A stretch of 63,978 bases of DNA, counting the filler, from Octopus bimaculoides (taxonomy: Eukaryota): the NCBI RefSeq assembly GCF_001194135.2. It is 6 parts of 6 records of this genome, joined end to end, with 100 filler letters (N's around TTAATTAATTAA, not from the genome) between each part and the next. Parts side by side here need not be neighbours in the genome. Positions count along the whole stretch, not along the records: positions 1 to 24,135 come from NC_068986.1; positions 24,236 to 39,220 come from NC_068985.1; 4 more parts are not named here. One strand, given 5' to 3'. This document shows, piece by piece, positions 22,767 to 36,870 of this stretch (its first letter is position 1; every line of letters starts with the position of its first letter). A program made the position numbers and the translations under genes. Below the pieces are notes generated by a model. It ran no database searches. It saw nothing but the letters and a program-made list of their open reading frames with translations, and was not told the origin of the DNA.

Positions 22767-23551
22767 ATTTGTGTATGCATATATATATATATCATATATG
22801 TGGTTGCAGAAATGTATGTTGAATAGCAAAATATTATTTGTTTGTTAATTATGGCGGTAAACCGTGCGAACAGATTAGTCCTCTTTCTTGGCCATTACCC
22901 CAAAAGGCCTTTGGCTAGTGTGAGGAACTGGCCAAGATGGCGCCAGTTCTGGTTTATCGAAAGTTCTGATATTAGCTCTTGATTTTGTCTTTTGTATTTA
23001 TTTTAAACTGCTATTTGTAATTTTTAAAATTTTATTTATAATTCTTTTTTAAAGATATGTTTTTTTTTATATTCTTTATATAATTATGAAAGATTGTTAT
23101 CTGCAAATACATACTCACACACACACACACACATATGTATGTATTGATGTATGTGTTTATATGTATGTGTATGTTCATATACATACATACATATATATAT
23201 ATATATGCATATTCACACATGTACATATATACATCAGTGTAAATGTATGCATGCATACACATACAGCTATATAGATACATGGATACAGAATGCACATGCA
23301 TGAATGTAAATGTAGAAGAGAATTTTTATGTTCAAAGTGTGTGTATGTGTGTCTATGCATGTGTGTATTTGCATGTCTGTGTGTGTATGCATGTGAGTGC
23401 GAGGGAGATATTTAGCTTTTATTTTAGGCTAATATTTTTCCTGAATCTATGATGTCTATTTGACTGATTGACTTCACCAAATTCTAGGTTACTGCGTCCA
23501 GAAGTAAGTATATATATATATATATATATGTACACACTTTTGGATATGTAT

Positions 23552-23598
<47 letters not shown>

Positions 23599-24179
23599 CT
23601 ACACACATACATGTACATATATGGATGGATGCATAAGTGTTGGTGTGTATTCATATATATATATCTGTGTGCATGTTCTGTTTTCATTCAAGTGATTATG
23701 CCATCCTGGGGGCACTTCCCTTTAGGGTGAAGGTGAATGCATTGACCCCAATATTAATTTCATAGCCCTTAAAAAGCAGACTGGACTTGGGCAGTGTTTG
23801 AAATCATTAAGAAGCAAAACTAAGCAGCATTGTGCATTTTGTCCAAAGCTCTGTTGATTTTATCCTCCACTTGCTATCTATTTAGTCTGTCTATATCTCT
23901 ATGTCTGTTTCTACTTCCCCTGTCTGTCTGTCTCTCTTTTTATCAATCTGTCTATCTTCCTACATCTGTCCAACCATCCATCCATCGATAACTATTGATC
24001 TGTCTATCTTTGGCTATCCATCCATCTATGTAGCTACCTTGCTATTCGTCCATCCCTCCCTCCCTCCCTCTATATATGTATGTCTGCCTGTCTGTATGTA
24101 ATCGACTTCCCCCATCCCCCGAGCTTGCTGGACCTNNNNNNNNNNNNNNNNNNNNNNNNNNNNNNNNNNNNNNNNNNNN

Positions 24180-24191
24180 TTAATTAATTAA
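24180..24191. other. Artificial scaffold linker TTAATTAATTAA within a 100-bp gap (also at 39265, 50174, 61344 and 62683)
   Basis: The same 12-mer, which has stops in all six frames, sits centred between N runs five times. Confidence 0.9.
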
Positions 24192-24235
24192 NNNNNNNNN
24201 NNNNNNNNNNNNNNNNNNNNNNNNNNNNNNNNNNN

Positions 24236-24336
<101 letters not shown>

Positions 24337-24506
24337 AAGGTCTAGGCACAGAGATACAGTTAGACATTCAGATAGACAGTCAGACAGATTCATAAGCAAA
24401 AAGTCTGACAGACAGATCGATTGACAGACAAAAAGGACAGAAAGAAAAACAGATAGATAGATAGACAGATAGATAGACAAACAGACAGGCAGACAAGCAG
24501 ACAGGC

Positions 24507-24541
<35 letters not shown>

Positions 24542-24661
24542 TAGATAGATAGATAGATAACAGTAATTATGAAGTATATATATGCATGGGAGTTTGTGTG
24601 TATCAACATCAAGCTGTAGCGTGTATGTATATTTATATGTAAGTAGTTGTGTACGCGTGTG

Positions 24662-24705
<44 letters not shown>

Positions 24706-24992
24706 ATTGTGTAAAAAAAAAACAGAGGTGATATATTTGTCGAACAACAGGGGAGATGGCGAATATTTTTAATGTTGATGAGTGGATGAAGAAGAAATGA
24801 GGTTAGTGAGTTAAAGAGTGTGGTGGGTGAGGTAATAGTAGGAGGAAGAGGGGGAGTGGATGGTGGCGCTGGTGACAACGGTGATGGTAACGTTAGCAAC
24901 AGAGGTGGTGGTGGTGGTGGCCGTGGTGTTGTTGTTGGTGGTGATGTAATGTAAAATGTGTCGTTGATAGATTAATATAGTGAGAGAGAGGG

Positions 24993-24994
<2 letters not shown>

Positions 24995-25063
<69 letters not shown>
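24995..25063. repeat. (AGAT)n microsatellite; the (AGAC)n tract at 24265-24335 is similar
   Basis: Read directly. Confidence 0.95.
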
Positions 25064-25065
<2 letters not shown>

Positions 25066-25527
25066 TCAGTGATATATAGATAGAGAGAGAGAGAGAGATA
25101 TACAGACAGATAGATAGTTAGATAGACAGAGAGATAGAGACACCGACAGAGAAATAGAGAGATAGAGAGATCGACCGACAGACAGACAGATATGTTTCTT
25201 TATTGGCTACACAGGGCTGAACACAGAGGGAACAAAATACAAAGTAGAGCTTTTCTTTTTGGGAAGGAAAGAAAAAAAAAGGGGGGGGTAGAATTTCGAT
25301 CAAAAGGGATCGTGGTAAAAAAAAAAAAAAACGATCAATAGGGATCCTCATAGGATTCTTGACAGATCCTTCTCCGAAACGTTCATTGTCAGATCTATAC
25401 GACATATCCAATCCAAGTCTGGAGTTACAAATGTTCCTACGTTCATGTTCCCTATTAATACCCTTTATTCGCTGTCAATCGTAACACCACACACTTGTTC
25501 ACGCACGCATGCACACACACACACATA

Positions 25528-25559
<32 letters not shown>

Positions 25560-26271
25560 TCACTACTACGACTACCACTACAATACTTATGATAACATGC
25601 TTCACTGATTCTTAAACTCTCTCTTTGGAACCGAGATACCTAACCACACATCTGTACTGCATCGATGAACAGAGATATTGAAAATATTCTTTAATAAAGA
25701 CAGAGCAACTAAGTCTCCTTCAACAACATGGTACAGTTAAAATTTTTATTTGTCCTGGTTTAGACAGGGAAAAAGAGGCAATGTCTATGACTGTCAAAGT
25801 TCTCTCAGACTGGAGAGAGATTCATATAGTTAATATACAGTTTGAACATCAAACGTACATCGACATCAGCCTGAAAGACGTTGACAATAAGGTACAGAGA
25901 TAAAACGTCCAGATTTTAAACATCGTTTCACCGCCCAAGACATTTCGCCCTTGGAGGAGAAAGTCACTGCGGCAAATGTATTTCCTCGTTCTACATGTAT
26001 CTACTGCATAATCCCGATAACCGTGTTAATCATCACAAAAAAGTACCTCCACCATATTCTAATGTAATGGTCAACAAGGTTAGTTCGATACCGGCGAGCG
26101 GTCCTATTTTAGTTTGTCCTTGACTCGGGTTTCTAAAGTGTCAAATTTAATATGGAAGAAGAATATAGTTTAGGAATTCATATAAAAGACATAGGCCAAG
26201 AATAAATGAGTCAAATAATTGATAACATTGAGCATACAAAAATGATGCGTGTGTATGCACGCACACACACG

Positions 26272-26303
<32 letters not shown>

Positions 26304-27624
26304 CGACGGGATTCCTTCAGTTTCCGTCTACCAAATCCACTCACAAGGCTTTGGTCGGCCCGTGGCTATAGTAGAAAACACTTGTCCAAGGTGCCACGCA
26401 GTGGGACTGAACCCGGAACCATGCGGTTGGTAAGCAAGCTACTTACCATACAACCACTCCTGCGTCTTTGCTTATTACGAAGGCCTTGAATTTTCCAGTC
26501 TTAGGGGTGGTATTTTTTAAAATTAAGATCAATTTTTAAAAGTATCATCGCTTTTGAGGTTAGTCTATAATCGTACAGATCAAACACCCACGCAGGTGTG
26601 ATTTATAAAGTGTTGCTAACTGACAAAGAAGTTGAAATAGTATGAGCTATTTTTTTCTTTTTCTTTTTCTGCTAAATGAACTAGAATGAAATTTGTGTAA
26701 AGTAGAACTAACATGGATTGATACAAGCATTCTTTGTAAGAGAAAACTAAAGATTAAAGACAAAAGAGTAAGAAAAGCTAAACACGAGACCCCAAATAAA
26801 GCAGAACGTGAGAAAGTATGGTAATTCGTTTCCCGGAAGTGTTGGTTTGTGTATCCTTTCTGTTATACACACAAGATCTAAATTTGAGTGGGTGGGGGGA
26901 TGGGTTAGTCGATTACATCGACACCAGTGCTCGACTGGTACTTATTTTATCGATCTCCGAAAAGCTGAAAGACAAAGTTGATCTCGGCGGAATTTGAACT
27001 CAGAACGTAAAGACCGACGAAATGCCGCTAAGCATTCAGTCCAGTCATATAAGTATACATGCATATATATATATATATATATANNNNNNNNNNNNNNNNN
27101 NNNNNNNNNNNNNNNNNNNNNNNNNNNNNNNNNNNNNNNNNNNNNNNNNNNNNNNNNNNNNNNNNNNNNNNNNNNNNNNNNNNNNNNNNNNNNNNNNNNN
27201 NNNNNNNNNNNNNNNNNNNNNNNNNNNNNNNNNNNNNNNNNNNNNNNNNNNNNNNNNNNNNNNNNNNNNNNNNNNNNNNNNNNNNNNNNNNNNNNNNNNN
27301 NNNNNNNNNNNNNNNNNNNNNNNNNNNNNNNNNNNNNNNNNNNNNNNNNNNNNNNNNNNNNNNNNNNNNNNNNNNNNNNNNNNNNNNNNNNNNNNNNNNN
27401 NNNNNNNNNNNNNNNNNNNNNNNNNNNNNNNNNNNNNNNNNNNNNNNNNNNNNNNNNNNNNNNNNNNNNNNNNNNNNNNNNNNNNNNNNNNNNNNNNNNN
27501 NNNNNNNNNNNNNNNNNNNNNNNNNNNNNNNNNNNNNNNNNTATATATATATATATACATACATACATACATATATACCAACACACAGATACATATATAT
27601 ACATATAGATGTAGAGAGATAGAC

Positions 27625-27681
<57 letters not shown>

Positions 27682-28333
27682 CATAGCGAAAGAGAGACAG
27701 ACAGACAGAAAGAGTGAGAGATATACTCATATATATATACATGTGTGTATATATGCGTATGCATATGGAATAGTAGTCGTCTGAGACAGGTGAGTAACTT
27801 TTAATTATAGACCCGAAGCGGAAGTGTAAAAGAGGCTCGCCATATAAGACAGGACCTGATGTTTTACAAGGTTTTACCTGACACGTCTTAATATAGTTTG
27901 CCATAGATAGAAATAATTTCAAGATTTGCCATGCCAGTCACTGTTCACACCTGTAATAACAAATCAGTCAATGGACCTTTTGCATCTATAAAGAGCAGCC
28001 AAATTGAATCGTGTGTATTTACGTAGTTCACTTGGTCACATGACTTGTGGAGTTAGATTATACATCGCCGTTCTGCGTATTGTTTGCTATGACAAAGTAT
28101 TAAGGAGCGAATTTACCTGTATATACCTGCATGTCTCTCGACCTATATGTATTTGTTAATCTATCTATCTGTCTACTTGTCTATCTCTCTGCATGTCTGT
28201 CTGTCTATCTGCCTGTGCGTCTGTGTGTATGTAAGCGTGTGTGAGAATGCATATGTGCAGTATATATAAATACAAGTATATATATACACATGTACATATA
28301 TGCATACACACACACGCACACACACACACACAC

Positions 28334-28401
<68 letters not shown>

Positions 28402-28737
28402 CAATTCATGTTGCTCCAGGTCGCTTAGGTGGCACAATTAAGTAATCCTGTGATCTACCGCCGTCCTCTCCAATGGGGGAGAATATTGACGCCACAGAAT
28501 CTGGGAAACGGGTCCCCTATGAGCCTATATGACGCGAGAAGGACCTACGATGCTTTTGATGTTATAGACGCACGTATGTATATTTGGGCGTGTTTTTCTA
28601 TCTATGGATCAGTGTGTGTATATATGTATGTATGCATGTGTATACGTGTTTATGCGTATATATGCGTGTATGCGTCTGTTTCTGCATCTTTGTGCTGCAT
28701 GAGTGTGGATTGAAAGATAACCAAGTCATTATATTAT

Positions 28738-29195
28738 ACGAGGTGCATCCCAAAGGTGGGACATTTTTCAATTTCAAGGAAGTACAAGATTCTAATTTCC
28801 TTCAGTCCGATTGTGATAGCACTCCAGCCACTTCGTAACGGCCTCACGGAAGTCCTTCAAAGGGAATGTGTCCAGGACCTTCATCTTCTCAATGTTTCCA
28901 AAACGACTGTCCCTGAGGTTCTCCTTCAGTTTTCAAAACATCCAAAAGTCAGAGGAGCAGGGTCTGAACTGTATGCAAGGTGTAGGACAAGTTTCGATGC
29001 CCATCTCTGTCACTAATATGTCTTTCCTTCTGTTCGTCACTGAGTACCCTGAGAACAAAATTTTGCACAAAATTTGTACAAATCTGGGTTTTCAGGAATA
29101 ATTCTGTGTACAGTTTCTTCACCAACTCCAAATTCTATGCTTATTGTCTTTATAGAAACACGACATTCTTCATCCAGAAAATTGCAAATTTTCGC
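28738..29195 (-). mobile_element. Internally deleted mariner element
   Basis: End sequence TA|CGAGGTGCATCCC. Minus-strand peptides NFLDEECRVSIKTISIEFGVGEETVHRII and VLRVLSDEQKERHI resemble the mariner HTH/WVPR region, and frameshifts are present. Confidence 0.7.
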
Positions 29196-29369
29196 AACCA
29201 ACATAGGCGTAGGAATGACTGTGTGGTAAGTAGCTTGCTTACGAACCACATGGTTCCGGGTTCAGTCCCACTGCGTGGCACCTTGGGCGTCTTCTACTAT
29301 AGCCTCGGGACGACCAAAGCCTTGTGAGATTTGGTAGATGGAAACTGAAAGAAGCCCGTCGTATATATG

Positions 29370-29436
<67 letters not shown>

Positions 29437-29824
29437 GTCTGTGTTTGTCCCCCCNNNNNNNNNNNNNNNNNNNNNNNNNNNNNNNNNNNNNNNNNNNNNN
29501 NNNNNNNNNNNNNNNNNNNNNNNNNNNNNNNNNNNNNNNNNNNNNNNNNNNNNNNNNNNNNNNNNNNNNNNNNNNNNNNNNNNNNNNNNNNNNNNNNNNN
29601 NNNNNNNNNNNNNNNNNNNNNNNNNNNNNNNNNNNNNNNNNNNNNNNNNNNNNNNNNNNNNNNNNNNNNNNNNNNNNNNNNNNNNNNNNNNNNNNNNNNN
29701 NNNNNNNNNNNNNNNNNNNNNNNNNNNNNNNNNNNNNNNNNNNNNNNNNNNNNNNNNNNNNNNNNNNNNNNNNNNNNNNNNNNNNNNNNNNNNNNNNNNN
29801 NNNNNNNNNNNNNNNNNNNNNNNN

Positions 29825-29863
<39 letters not shown>

Positions 29864-30474
29864 CTTTCTCTGTCCCACATCTCTCACCATCTCTCTCTTC
29901 CTCGCTACTGTCCTTAAACCTCCTGTACCAGTAAAAACACAGGTACTCAGTTTATACAAATTAATCCATTGGCACACTGGAGCATTTATTAAGTTTCTGT
30001 ATTATTTTTGCCCAGTTTTCATTCAAGACTTTCCGAGGTGACGAGATTCCGAATTGTTTTCGCGCGCCGACTGCGTTCTGCAAACTAGTGAGCTACAACA
30101 AGCAGTGTTTAGTAAGATGTGTTCAAGTGCTGTTACAGCCATCTCCTTCAAACTAGAATAACAGAAGTTGGCAGGTCCGCTTCTTAGATGTACAGTAATA
30201 ATTTACTGAAATCACAATAATCTAGGACAGCTATAACTGCTTCTTCTGAAATGAAGTCTCAAAACTTCTGAAACGCGCCTTGTACGTAAGTTATAATCTT
30301 CAGCCTTAATTAGGAAGAAAGAATGAAAGGGAGACAGAGAAAGAGAGTGAGAGATATAGATAGAGAGATAGAGATAGAGACTGACAAACAGACAGATAGA
30401 CAGACCGAAAGCAGAGTAAGAGAGAAAGAGGAAAAAACAAAAAGATAGAGTCAGACATACGTTTAGAGGTAAAT

Positions 30475-30478
<4 letters not shown>

Positions 30479-30555
<77 letters not shown>
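30479..30555. repeat. (GA)n microsatellite
   Basis: Read directly. Confidence 0.95.
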
Positions 30556-30562
<7 letters not shown>

Positions 30563-31408
30563 TTGAAAAATATTTCAAAGACTTCCTTTTTTGAATTTTA
30601 CGGATATAGAAAACAGGAGGGCAGTGTCCATTGATTTGTGTTTTTTCCAAACCTCCGAGAGAGGAGGAAGAAAGAAAGGAACAGTCTCTGATCCTTGGTT
30701 GAATCTCAGACCGAATCTTTGTTCCGAAAGCTTGAGATGGAGACGTATTAAGAAAAGGCATCATAGATCAGAAAGTTGTGTTAATAAGGGTGATAGATTA
30801 AGTCTACCACTTAATTACAGCCGCATTTCACAGAACAAGCTGGCGCACAGTTTCTGTCTCGTCAATTTAGCTCAAGAATCTCGGGTCAAGTCGTCTCTTT
30901 AATAAAAGACACTTTCCTAATGCGCCAAGTAATGAAACCGAACCCGGACCCACGTGACTGTAAAGCGAACTTTTTTTAACCACGCGGCCATTAATAATTA
31001 TTCTACAAGACATTCGAGGACTATTAACTACGAACGTAAGCGAGGATATATCATCAACGTTACTCTCCGTCTGGTTAGCACCGACGAGACAGAATGTTTG
31101 TCAAACAAGTATTTTGTTTCTTATTTTCTAAAATAAAGAAATATGTTAACTGGCTTTTTATTTTGTTTATCACAGGAAGTTGCCAAATTCCAGTCCTGTT
31201 TTGGGGTGTTTTATTCTGTGATCAACGACATATACGAACATAATTTATACATATATACATACAAATACTTATAACAACACATGTATATATATACATGTAC
31301 AAGTATATACATACAGATATATATGTACATACATACATGTATGTATACATACATACATATATATATATATATGTATATATATATATTATATATATATGTG
31401 TTTCTGTG

Positions 31409-31454
<46 letters not shown>

Positions 31455-31652
31455 NNNNNNNNNNNNNNNNNNNNNNNNNNNNNNNNNNNNNNNNNNNNNN
31501 NNNNNNNNNNNNNNNNNNNNNNNNNNNNNNNNNNNNNNNNNNNNNNNNNNNNNNNNNNNNNNNNNNNNNNNNNNNNNNNNNNNNNNNNTATATATACATA
31601 CATACAAATATACATATATATACATGTATATGTATGTGTATATATATAAATA

Positions 31653-31688
<36 letters not shown>

Positions 31689-32084
31689 CGAAGACGGGGA
31701 TATATATACCCGTCTTCGGATGTATTTTATCGTTTAACAACTAACAAGGCAACATCAGAAAAAACAACCGTGTACATGTGCGTGTGTGCACTCGTACATG
31801 AATTATTCGGCCGATACCATCTCCTCAGAGTTTCGTCAGACGGTGAGATAATGGCGAAAAAGAACAAAATTCCAGTGAAATTCAAGATAGAATCGTAAGA
31901 CAACAGTCTAGTTTGTAGGCCCGAAGCAAGTGTGACTTCTCTCCTATGTCGTATCTGAGCAATAAATGAATGTAAGGAAGATAAATCACGTTTATATATA
32001 TTATAGTGAACAGGAAGTAATTTGGCGACGAACATCGAAATTACTAAAAGCAAGGAATCGAAGAGGAATAAGCAAAATACATTT

Positions 32085-32505
32085 TTCTACTCTAGGTACA
32101 AGGCCTGAAATTTTGGGGGATAAGATAAGATCGGTCCAGTAAGCAACTGGTACTTAATTTATCGACCCCCGAAAGGATGAAAGGCAAAGTCGACCTCGGC
32201 GGAATTTGAACTCAGAACGTAAAGACACACGAAATATCACTAAGCATTTCGCCTGGCGTGCTAACGTTTCTTATTTCTTTATTGCCCACAAGGGGCTAAA
32301 CATAGAGGAGACAAACAAGGACAGACAAACGGATTAAGTCGATTACATCCACCCCAAAGCGTAACTGGTACTTTATTTATTGACCCCGAAAGGATGAAAG
32401 GCAAAGTCGACCTCGGTGGAATTTGAACTCAGAATGTAAAGACACACGAAATACCACTAAGCATTTCGCCTGGCGTACTAACGTTTCTGCCAGCTCGCCA
32501 CCTTA
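32085..32505 (-). mobile_element. Head-to-tail dimer of family C SINE
   Basis: The block cgaaaggatgaaaggcaaagtcgacctcgg..gaatttgaactcagaa..taaagacacacgaaata..actaagcatttcgcctggcgt..taacgtttct occurs twice about 220 bp apart. Confidence 0.85.
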
Positions 32506-33878
32506 AAAAGCTATATATAAGGCTTCTTTCAGTTTCCGTCTAGGTTTTGGTTGGCCTGTAGCTATAGTAGAATACACCCAAGGTGCCATGCAGTGAGACT
32601 GAACCTGGCACCATGAAGTTGGGAAACAAGCTCCTTACCACACACCCACGTCTGTGCCTATTTAAATGCAGTTTAAAGATTAGTTTTAAATCTAATTAAG
32701 AAATAAAAAATATGTTAAGTCGCGAGTCTCCTTATTTATAGATACAAGTTTATTTGGGATACAACTGACGTAAGTAAATTCATAACATTTTTCTTAGTCT
32801 ACCTTTTATTTCTGTAACTTTTTTAAGAACACCCAACAAATATAAAAGGATATTGGAATCAACATGTTTGACTGACACTGGATTATACTCATATTTCGAA
32901 AAAAATGTTTTTACTGATATCTCTATAGCCTTGCAAATATTTGAGTAACCTTTATATTTTCAGAAATATAAATGGAGACGTTAAAAAACGTTTTCTCGTA
33001 GAATAAGATGACAGTAAATGGAAATAATTTTTGTTCTTGAATTGGGAAGTTGAAATTTTCTGTACAGATAAATCTTGAGAAAACATATTTTGATTAAAAG
33101 ATATTAAAAGGGAAATTTATAAGAATTTTCTAGACAGTGTAGACTTTAATAATATATTTCTTTTACAAAAATTACACACCCTAAACTAATTACTAAGTAG
33201 CCTTCTTTGTTATAATATAGGCAATGCATTCAGCATTAAATTACGATGCAACTCAGCTTAAGCTTTTTCACTTGGTTCTATTTATTTGTTTTATTTTTAT
33301 TTATTCCAGTTATTTTAATGTCTCTTTTGACTTCTCATTATCTCTGATCAATTTTTAATTCATTTGATGTTTTTCAGAATTATTTCATTGTATTGTTGAG
33401 AGGAAGTACACCAGTTCTCCTATATGAGTTATTCACCCTAATGGAAAAGGAAACGGTTTCTCTACAATGGATTTTCCTATGTCAAATTATTATAAATAAA
33501 CATCCTTCTGTAAGTATTTTTTAAACAAATTGCCTCAACTACATTATATTAAATTGTTCCCTATGAAATTTCATCAATGAATTGTCCCCTCAAATTATTT
33601 GAAATCAAAATGTCCCTCACCTTATCAAATTATTTAAAAATATATTGTGATCATTTTCATATTCATTCTTTATACGTCTCGACGGATTCGAACGTGAATA
33701 TGTTGATATCTGGTGTATTAAGAAAACAATCCATTAACGATAAACTTATGCTCAAATGTGTGTGCATGCCTATATACGTATTTATAAGTTCGAAAAGACA
33801 AAAAACAACAAAAAACAACAACGCGAGGACGTGATACAGATTGTGTTACTGGACGCTCGGGAAAGGAAAGAAAGAGAA

Positions 33879-33911
33879 TTTGACGTTTCGAGCGGAGCTC
33901 TTCGTCGGAAA
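33879..33911 (-). ncRNA. Degenerate minimal hammerhead-like motif (core mutated)
   Basis: The minus strand reads TTT-CCGACGA-A-GAGC-TCC-GCTC-GAAAC-GTC-AAA. CUGA is changed to CCGA. Confidence 0.45.
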
Positions 33912-36357
33912 GATAGAACGGTCCAAAGAAGGGAAGACGGAGGAAGAAAATCGCCAACGATATCCACGAGACCACCTCCTTCTCCACTTTGTACCAATTT
34001 TGGCCGGTATTTTGTTTTGCACTATGCGCTTAAAAACGATACGAGAAGCCTTCTCGGGTAAAAAAGTTTTTGAAATTAGTGGTCACCATTATAATCCCTG
34101 CTTTCTTTATTTTCAAACAGAAAATGAAACGTAATTTAAAAACCATATTCTTTTATTCTTGTCTTAGTTTCAGTCATTTGACTGCGGCCATGCTGGAGCA
34201 CCGCATTTAATCGAACAAATCAACTCCAGGACTTATTCTTTGTGACCCTAGTACTTATCCTATCGGTCACTTTTGCCGAACCGCTAAGTTACGGGGGCGT
34301 AAACACACCAACTTCGGTTGTCAAGCGATNNNNNNNNNNNNNNNNNNNNNNNNNNNGGGGGGGGGGGGGAACACAGACACACAGACACACACACACACAC
34401 ACATATTAAAACAATTGTTTTAATTTTGTTTATTAGTGGACAGTTCTGCCTATTAGATCACAACAGATTTTTAGGCCTAGGTCTTAGCTTTTGGGTCGGC
34501 TACTTTTATGACAAATGGACAAGGGTTTATTATACCAATGGCTGATCTAATGCTTTACAATAACAATAGTGACCACGGCCAAATTAGATTTAGCCTCCTC
34601 ATCGGTAAATCGACAAAGGATATTATGAACGCTTTCGGTGCAAACATAGGCCAAGTAATGGATGAAATGGTCCCTACTTTATTGCTGTATCAGAGAATTG
34701 GTTTGGCAAGAGTTCATGATAACAGGGCGGTGAGCTGGTAGACTCATTAGCTTATCAGGCGAAATGCTTAGCGCTATTTCGTCCCTCATTACGTTCTGAG
34801 TTCAAATTCCGTCGAGACCGGTTTTGCCTTCCATCTTTTTCGGGGTCGATAAAATAAGTACCAGTTGAACACTGGGGTTGAAGTAATCGATTTAACCTCT
34901 TCCCCACGAACTTGCTGGCCTTGTGCCAAAATTTGAAGCAAATATTTCATGGCAATGTTTCGTGTGTTTTCTTCGCTGCTGAATGGAGGGAAAGAAAAAT
35001 GGCCAACGAAAATTTTCAAAAATAATAAAATAAAATCCTAAACCTGCATTGAAAAGAAGACTGAAAAGGGAATCGGGTTGCTAAAAAGAATTATTTACAA
35101 AAGAATTATATGAGATTCGAACCAAGATTCTTGTTGTTTGCTAATCAGCCGTTGCTACAGTAGATTTATTTGCCATACCTCAAGTTTAACTGTCTTTTTC
35201 TTATTAAGTCCATATGTCTAACTGGAATTGTAGATTTAATGTAATTAGAAGTTCGTAATTAAGAATGGAGAATTAGAACTGTGTTAATAAGAAGCATATA
35301 ATTAAAATCGTGTAATTAGGAACTCGCAATTATAAGTTTATATTTAGGGCCGTGCAATTAGAAATATGTAATTCTAAACATATCAAAACTATGATTAAAA
35401 GAAGAGCGAATATAAAATGTATCTGGTAAGAAACTGTCCGCTGGAATACCCGTATGTTAATAAAACTGAGCTGTAAGTACCTCTAAGCATATGATTTAAC
35501 AATAAGCTGTGACAGCGTAGAGTAATATTCACGTTAGAATGTCACATATTTAAAGGCGGCGAGCTGGCAGAAGCGTTACCATCAAATTTGAATTCTTTGC
35601 CATCAAATTTGATTGTAAAGAATTCAAATTTGATGGCAAAGAGTTCAAATTTGATAGCAAAGAATCCAAACTAGATCGAAAACATCTATATATGTTTAGC
35701 AAACAACTTGCACATGCAAGTGCTACCAATCGAAAGCTCCGCATACTGGAAGTCAGCAAGTGTATGGGGTCATCAAGAGAAAATGAGCACCGTTTTGGGG
35801 CCTACGTCACGACGCTTGTTAGATCAACTGGTTATCAAATAAACCTCAATATTCTTCTAGCTTTTGCTCGGCTAATCTTTTTTTTCCCTGTAGTTTGGAT
35901 TTGAACTCGACACAGGCCAATAAACATTCTTAACAAGGCCACATTTTGAGGTGTGAAGGACGCGGTCGTTGATTAACTTTACGCTATTATTTCATTTGTC
36001 CACAGTATCACGATGATTCTGCCTGAATAAATGTATAAATAACTGTGGAATATTCAGCCATAAAACTGTAATTCAATGATTAGGTAGTTCAGTTGATCGA
36101 ACAACTGGAGTATTTTGTCGTCGAAAACGACGGAGATCCATTTACTCATTTTATTTTATTTTATTTTATTTTAACATTTAATTAACATGTTTTCATTCGT
36201 GTACGCGTGTATGAATGTATGTGTTGAAGTCTGTGTCTGTGTACGAATTTGTATCAGGAATATGTATGTGTATGTGTGTGTGTATGCATGTATGTATGAA
36301 TATGTGTATACATGCACATGCACACACCATACACACCACACACACACACACACACAC

Positions 36358-36612
36358 GTGTATGCACGCACATATATGTACAGAATTTTACATACAAAAG
36401 TAAAGCTTGATAGGAACTTCGAAGTTTCGGCTCGCTCCCTCTCCTCTTTCTCTCTCTCTTTCCTTCCCTGCACACGCGCGCACACACGCGCGCGCGCGCG
36501 CGTGTATGCAACAAGCACATATATGTACAGAATTTCACATGCAAAAGGAAAGCTTGATAGGAACTTCGAAGTTTCGGCTCGCTCCCTTTCCTCTTTCTCT
36601 CTCTTTCTTTCC

Positions 36613-36620
<8 letters not shown>
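36358..36620. repeat. Local tandem duplication of about 145 bp
   Basis: gcacatatatgtacagaattt..aaagcttgataggaacttcgaagtttcggctcgctccct..ttccctgcacac occurs twice with a few substitutions. Confidence 0.9.
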
Positions 36621-36660
<40 letters not shown>

Positions 36661-36835
36661 CAACACACACACATATGAAGTTGCAAACCGCTGGTCAGAA
36701 ATGTGTTAAATGTGTGCATCTATTAGATGCATATTTGCGTGTGTTTATGTAAATGAACGAGTTTCTTTTTTATTAGGTTAACATGTATGTGCTTATGTGT
36801 TTAAAAGCAAAATGAGTGTGCTGTCGAATGTGTGA

Positions 36836-36870
<35 letters not shown>

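Noticed and set aside
24180-24191. Recurrent palindromic TTAATTAATTAA (five copies)
   Set aside because: It is always centred in a 100-bp N gap and has stops in all frames, so it is a scaffolding linker and not biology.
24842-24954. Gly-rich frame GGRGGVDGG...RGGGGGGRG..* in phase with GAR1 exon 5
   Set aside because: There is no polypyrimidine tract, the upstream sequence is purine-rich and the composition looks like a decayed (GGT)n repeat. It is not accepted as the missing GAR1 exon.
25620-26140. Coding-like stretch that might be a LINE ORF1 relic
   Set aside because: It has no recognisable motif and contains several stops.
31081-31120. CCGACGA-GACA..TGTC-AAAC hammerhead-like string
   Set aside because: Both core segments are defective and no stem I is evident, so it could be chance.
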